Positions 60,385-64,000 of a stretch of DNA of 64,000 nucleotides are shown here, piece after piece. Made by a program: the position numbers and the translations under genes. Position 1 is the stretch's first letter, and the number at the start of each line of letters is the position of its first letter. The notes under the pieces are model-generated. The model worked only from the letters and a program-made list of their open reading frames with translations, was not told the DNA's origin and made no database searches. The DNA comes from Lytechinus pictus (Eukaryota), in contig NC_087245.1 in the NCBI RefSeq assembly GCF_037042905.1, positions 3,474,001-3,538,000 of the forward strand. Direction: 5' to 3'.

Positions 60385-63080
60385 CTTTTCTTTCCACACA
60401 CAAAATGGACCTACGAACACTCCGGTGAGTACGTATGAATTGATATAACCACATGAATTCAGTGGACTATTTACACATTTCACACTGTATTTTGTGATCT
60501 TAGGTTATTTCTTTAACAAATTAGAGAGTTTGCTATCTTTCTTTTGAAAAGGAAAGCAGAATTTGGTCTTTGAAATTGAAGTAAGATTGTCATCGTCGCC
60601 CAGTGCAGCCTGTATGTTGCTTGCAGTGTTGTGGTTATGCCGTTATCCCGCTGTGTTAACCACATGTATTTTGTACGGATTCCTAGCCGGCTGGGAATCG
60701 AGAGATAATCGGGCTGGTTTGGTTCACCTCCAACAAGGACCAACCCACGATTGATTAAAACAAGAAGAATGAGGCTTCTTTTTGTACACTGTAACGTTAA
60801 GTTAGATCTAGAGGGAGATCTGCATCTATCTTCAGTAGATCGAGACTCAGTCAGGAATAAACTGCGGAGTGTGGATGAAGATACGCCTGTCATTGTGTCA
60901 ATCCTCAGTCCTTACTTTGTTTCAGTCAGATATCAAATTTATTTTGCATAACTTCAGGCTTCTGCATTTAGCCCCACCCATTTTAACTCTTATTGTTATT
61001 TATAAATAAAGTTAGACTCGGTCTTAGAAATAACATGCTGCTCTGCATGTTTGTCTTATATCAATAGATCTAGGACCTAGATCTTCTTAATTCTAGGCCC
61101 AACTTACTTTATACTTAGAATTAGATCTAGGCTAGGCTACTTTACTTTAAGTTTTATTTATTCATCGATGCTATCAACAGCTAGGCCTACCTAATTCTAA
61201 TCGACACTTACTGCCCCAGGGCTTATGATCTAGGCTACTCTAGGTCTGTAATTTAGGCCTAGATCTAGGTCTGGGCCGAAACGACTCCATTTACATGTAC
61301 GAGTATGTCTGTCAGTGGACCAAGGACTAGATCTAGATCTAGTCTCGGTCAAATTAATGGCAATGAAGTCTTAGCCAGGAATACAAGTCAGAGTCAGACA
61401 TCAAAAATTTCTAAACCGATATAGGGTCTTAGAGAACCGAAGCTTTACTTTCTAGGTCTAGATAGATCGAGAGTCCATCGTTAGTCTAGATCTAGACCTA
61501 ATTTAGATAGGGCCTACATGAATGCTGTCGCACAGCACTGAGTCTCGTTGGACTAGATCTATACTTTCTTACAAATAGATCTAGACCTAGTGCATGAGAT
61601 TATGGAATTATGTTAAAATCAAATGAAATAAGATTCGGAAATAAAAAGATCCAGATTTTTTTTTTTTTTTGGGGGGGGGGGGACGGCAGACATGTGAAAA
61701 AATTTAGAGAAACCTAAAATTCAGAAAGCGAGGGACAGATGCGACCAATATTACCTAGGGCCGTTTTGTGCATTCTCTAAAGTAAAACTGAAGGATGTCA
61801 TGCAATTCTCTTTTTGATGAAGGTTTCACATTTCAGCTCTTACCCAAACCCCTCCCCCTATACATACGGCCATGAAAAATATCACTTCTTATTATTGTTC
61901 TCTCTTTTCTTTCACAAACAGGTTGAGTTTGAATAACAAGAAAAACAGTAGAGGTCTACCTATAATGGTTCAAGATGATGATCATAAGTGCATGCATCAT
62001 TTTGCAGATTCTCATCCAGGTATAAAACTTAAACTAACCCATACAAAATTACAGATACATTACATGCATTGAATGTTAACCATGTTTACATTAAATAAAA
62101 ATAATCCGAGCCACAAAGAGGTAGGATCTGTAATGAATATACACTTCTTAAATATACAGGCTCTCGAGTCTAAAATAGAACCAATGCCAAAAGTTATGTA
62201 CCTTGGGCAAATTTATAAAATACCGGTAAGGTCATGTCCTTGATCTACTAGTAATTAAATGGCCTTTTTATTTCCTATTTGTCTATAAACAAAGCAATAT
62301 TTATTTTTCATATTTTACAAAATTCATTTTATTTATTCAGTAGTGTGATATTCATATTTCTAGATTTACGATTTTTTTATAATCTTGTTATTTTACATTT
62401 TGTCCAATAGGATGATGCAGTTTTACAATTTCCATGGAGGTGATTGATGATGATAAATAATTGGTGAAGTAGGCCTAATAGAACAGCGACTAGACCACAA
62501 AGAGAAATACAACCTACATCAGTTATATGAGTGAGTTAATTAGTGAATATTTTTAATAATGGAGGTTGTTCACATTTTTTTTGGCAACAAATAAATCTGC
62601 CTTTGAAAAACCCATTTCAATTTTGTTTTTAGATTATAGTTGGTGTCGTTTTTAATCACAGATCAAAATATTCTGTGCAACAAAACATATCAACTTTAAT
62701 TCTGACTATTTATATAATTTACATATATGTTGATTCACATATTAATATTCATGAGAAATCTCTGACATTTTTTCATAGAGTACATGTATTTATAATGGAG
62801 AGTGGTATGTAAACTGCATAGAACAGGTTTAAGTGATATGCTTTATAGAAGTACAAGTTTATAATTAGTAGAAGTAAGATTTCCTGTTATGTGTTGAAGA
62901 AACATATATATGTATAGTCTCACTTTTCTTAAAACATTTATGTTTTATAAATCACGACAATTTTAATTTAAATTCATTGATTTTCTTTCTCTATTTTTTC
63001 AATCTGCAGGACTGGTGTAACAGATGTTTTCATTCAAGAAATCCAACAAATCAAGAGTCTGACTTAGGAACCACTTGATG
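60385..63080 (+). other. Unidentified spliced transcript (lncRNA, small-ORF gene or 5' UTR exons of a downstream gene)
   Basis: CpG-rich upstream region with ATTGG; pyrimidine run CTTTTCTTTCC; donor CCG|GTGAGT after 60424; candidate exons 61922-62019, 62411-62439 and 63010 onward with polypyrimidine acceptors; no long ORF. Confidence 0.5.
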
Positions 63081-63519
63081 AAGATGGAAAAGTTTTTTTT
63101 TTTTCCAAGTCCAATTAAAAAAAAAAAAGTTTTCTTGTTGATTTTCATTAAAACTGGTTGCAAAAGGAGAAGCTATAAACATACAAATAGGAGCGGCGGA
63201 GTGAAGTTGAAAGTTGGGGGGGGGGGCATAGGGAAAATGCTGTATTACGTGAAATTTTTAAGAAGTTGCAAAATTTTGACATTTTTAAAAAGAAAATCTA
63301 AAATATTCAGAATGATATATTTCACTTTTTTTTTTTTTTTTTTTGGGGGGGGGGGGCAAGAGTCCTTCAAGCCCCCCCCCCCTCCATCTGTACGAAACTG
63401 CTTATATACCCCCACTCATGAATTATTAAACTTAATGCACAAAGGATTTCCTTCATAAGTATATTATCGAAATGAGAATATTGTTTTCTTGTTTCAAAGG
63501 GCAATCGTCATGGTGACCA

Positions 63520-63885
63520 TAAAACGGGTCCTCAGGTGAAAGGGGCACAGAACAAGTTCTTTAGGAGCACTTTTCTTGGGTAAAAGGGGGCAGTGATTCG
63601 AGAAAGGGCACTTACAAGAAGGCGAGGGGGCACTCTTTAACATATGAAACGGGCCCTCGGATGAAAGGGCACAGAACACATTCCGGGGGGGGGGGGGCAT
63701 TTTTGGGTAAAAAAAAATTGCATACAAGGAAGAGCACTTGGTAACACCTAAAACAGGTTCTCGTCAGGTGAAAGGGACACAGTACACGTTCGTGAGGGGG
63801 GATTTTTCTTGCATAAAAAGGCACTTTTCAGTGCTTCAAGAAGTAGGGGGAACTGTGTCCCCCTCCCCAGGATCGCTGCCCCAGC
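63520..63885. repeat. Three diverged ~115-bp units (tgaaagggRcacag core), probably a transposon end
   Basis: Units start near 63526, 63651 and 63756. Confidence 0.55.
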
Positions 63886-64000
63886 ATACAAAAAATTCTT
63901 TTGGTTCAAAGTATTAACATATATGCTTAAGAAAAAGGTAAAGCGTAATCCTCTGATAATGTGATATTTTTTATGGCTAATTAATAAAATTCATCCCTAA

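Noticed and set aside
60425..60765. Telomerase RNA or spliced-leader RNA
   Set aside because: No TAACCCTAA template was seen, and I know of no spliced-leader trans-splicing in the inferred lineage; kept only as an unclassified structured-RNA candidate.

Overview
AT-rich animal genomic DNA with spliceosomal introns. It is probably from a deuterostome invertebrate such as a sea urchin, judged from the SINE/LINE/MITE repertoire; the species is not determined. Two protein-coding genes lie tail-to-tail. (1) Plus strand: the 3' part of a Ca2+/calmodulin-dependent cyclic-nucleotide phosphodiesterase, PDE1. Nine phase-compatible coding exons run from 7195 to the stop at 26058; the 5' exons were not found and are presumably upstream of the window. 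(2) Minus strand: a complete CASC3/MLN51/Barentsz gene (exon-junction-complex subunit), ATG 53164 to stop 33197. It has 13 coding exons, 3600 nt, 1199 aa as I splice it. A third, unidentified spliced plus-strand transcript appears to start near 60385, divergent from CASC3. Introns and intergenic DNA contain three tRNA-derived SINEs, LINE fragments, many TIR elements and four co-oriented Helentron-like (HINE/DINE-type) elements confined to CASC3 introns. The most notable observations are: three tandem LEEGEI (ARS2-recruitment-like) motifs and an (RG)10 tract in CASC3; Helentron-like elements whose termini read as splice acceptor and donor in CASC3 sense and which carry DR1 sites; a candidate 12-nt microexon; an intronic bidirectional promoter; RFX X-boxes in PDE1 introns; and a TOP-like non-coding transcript with a hairpin cluster and an AGATCT-rich island. 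All gene models come from manual reading, with no expression data.
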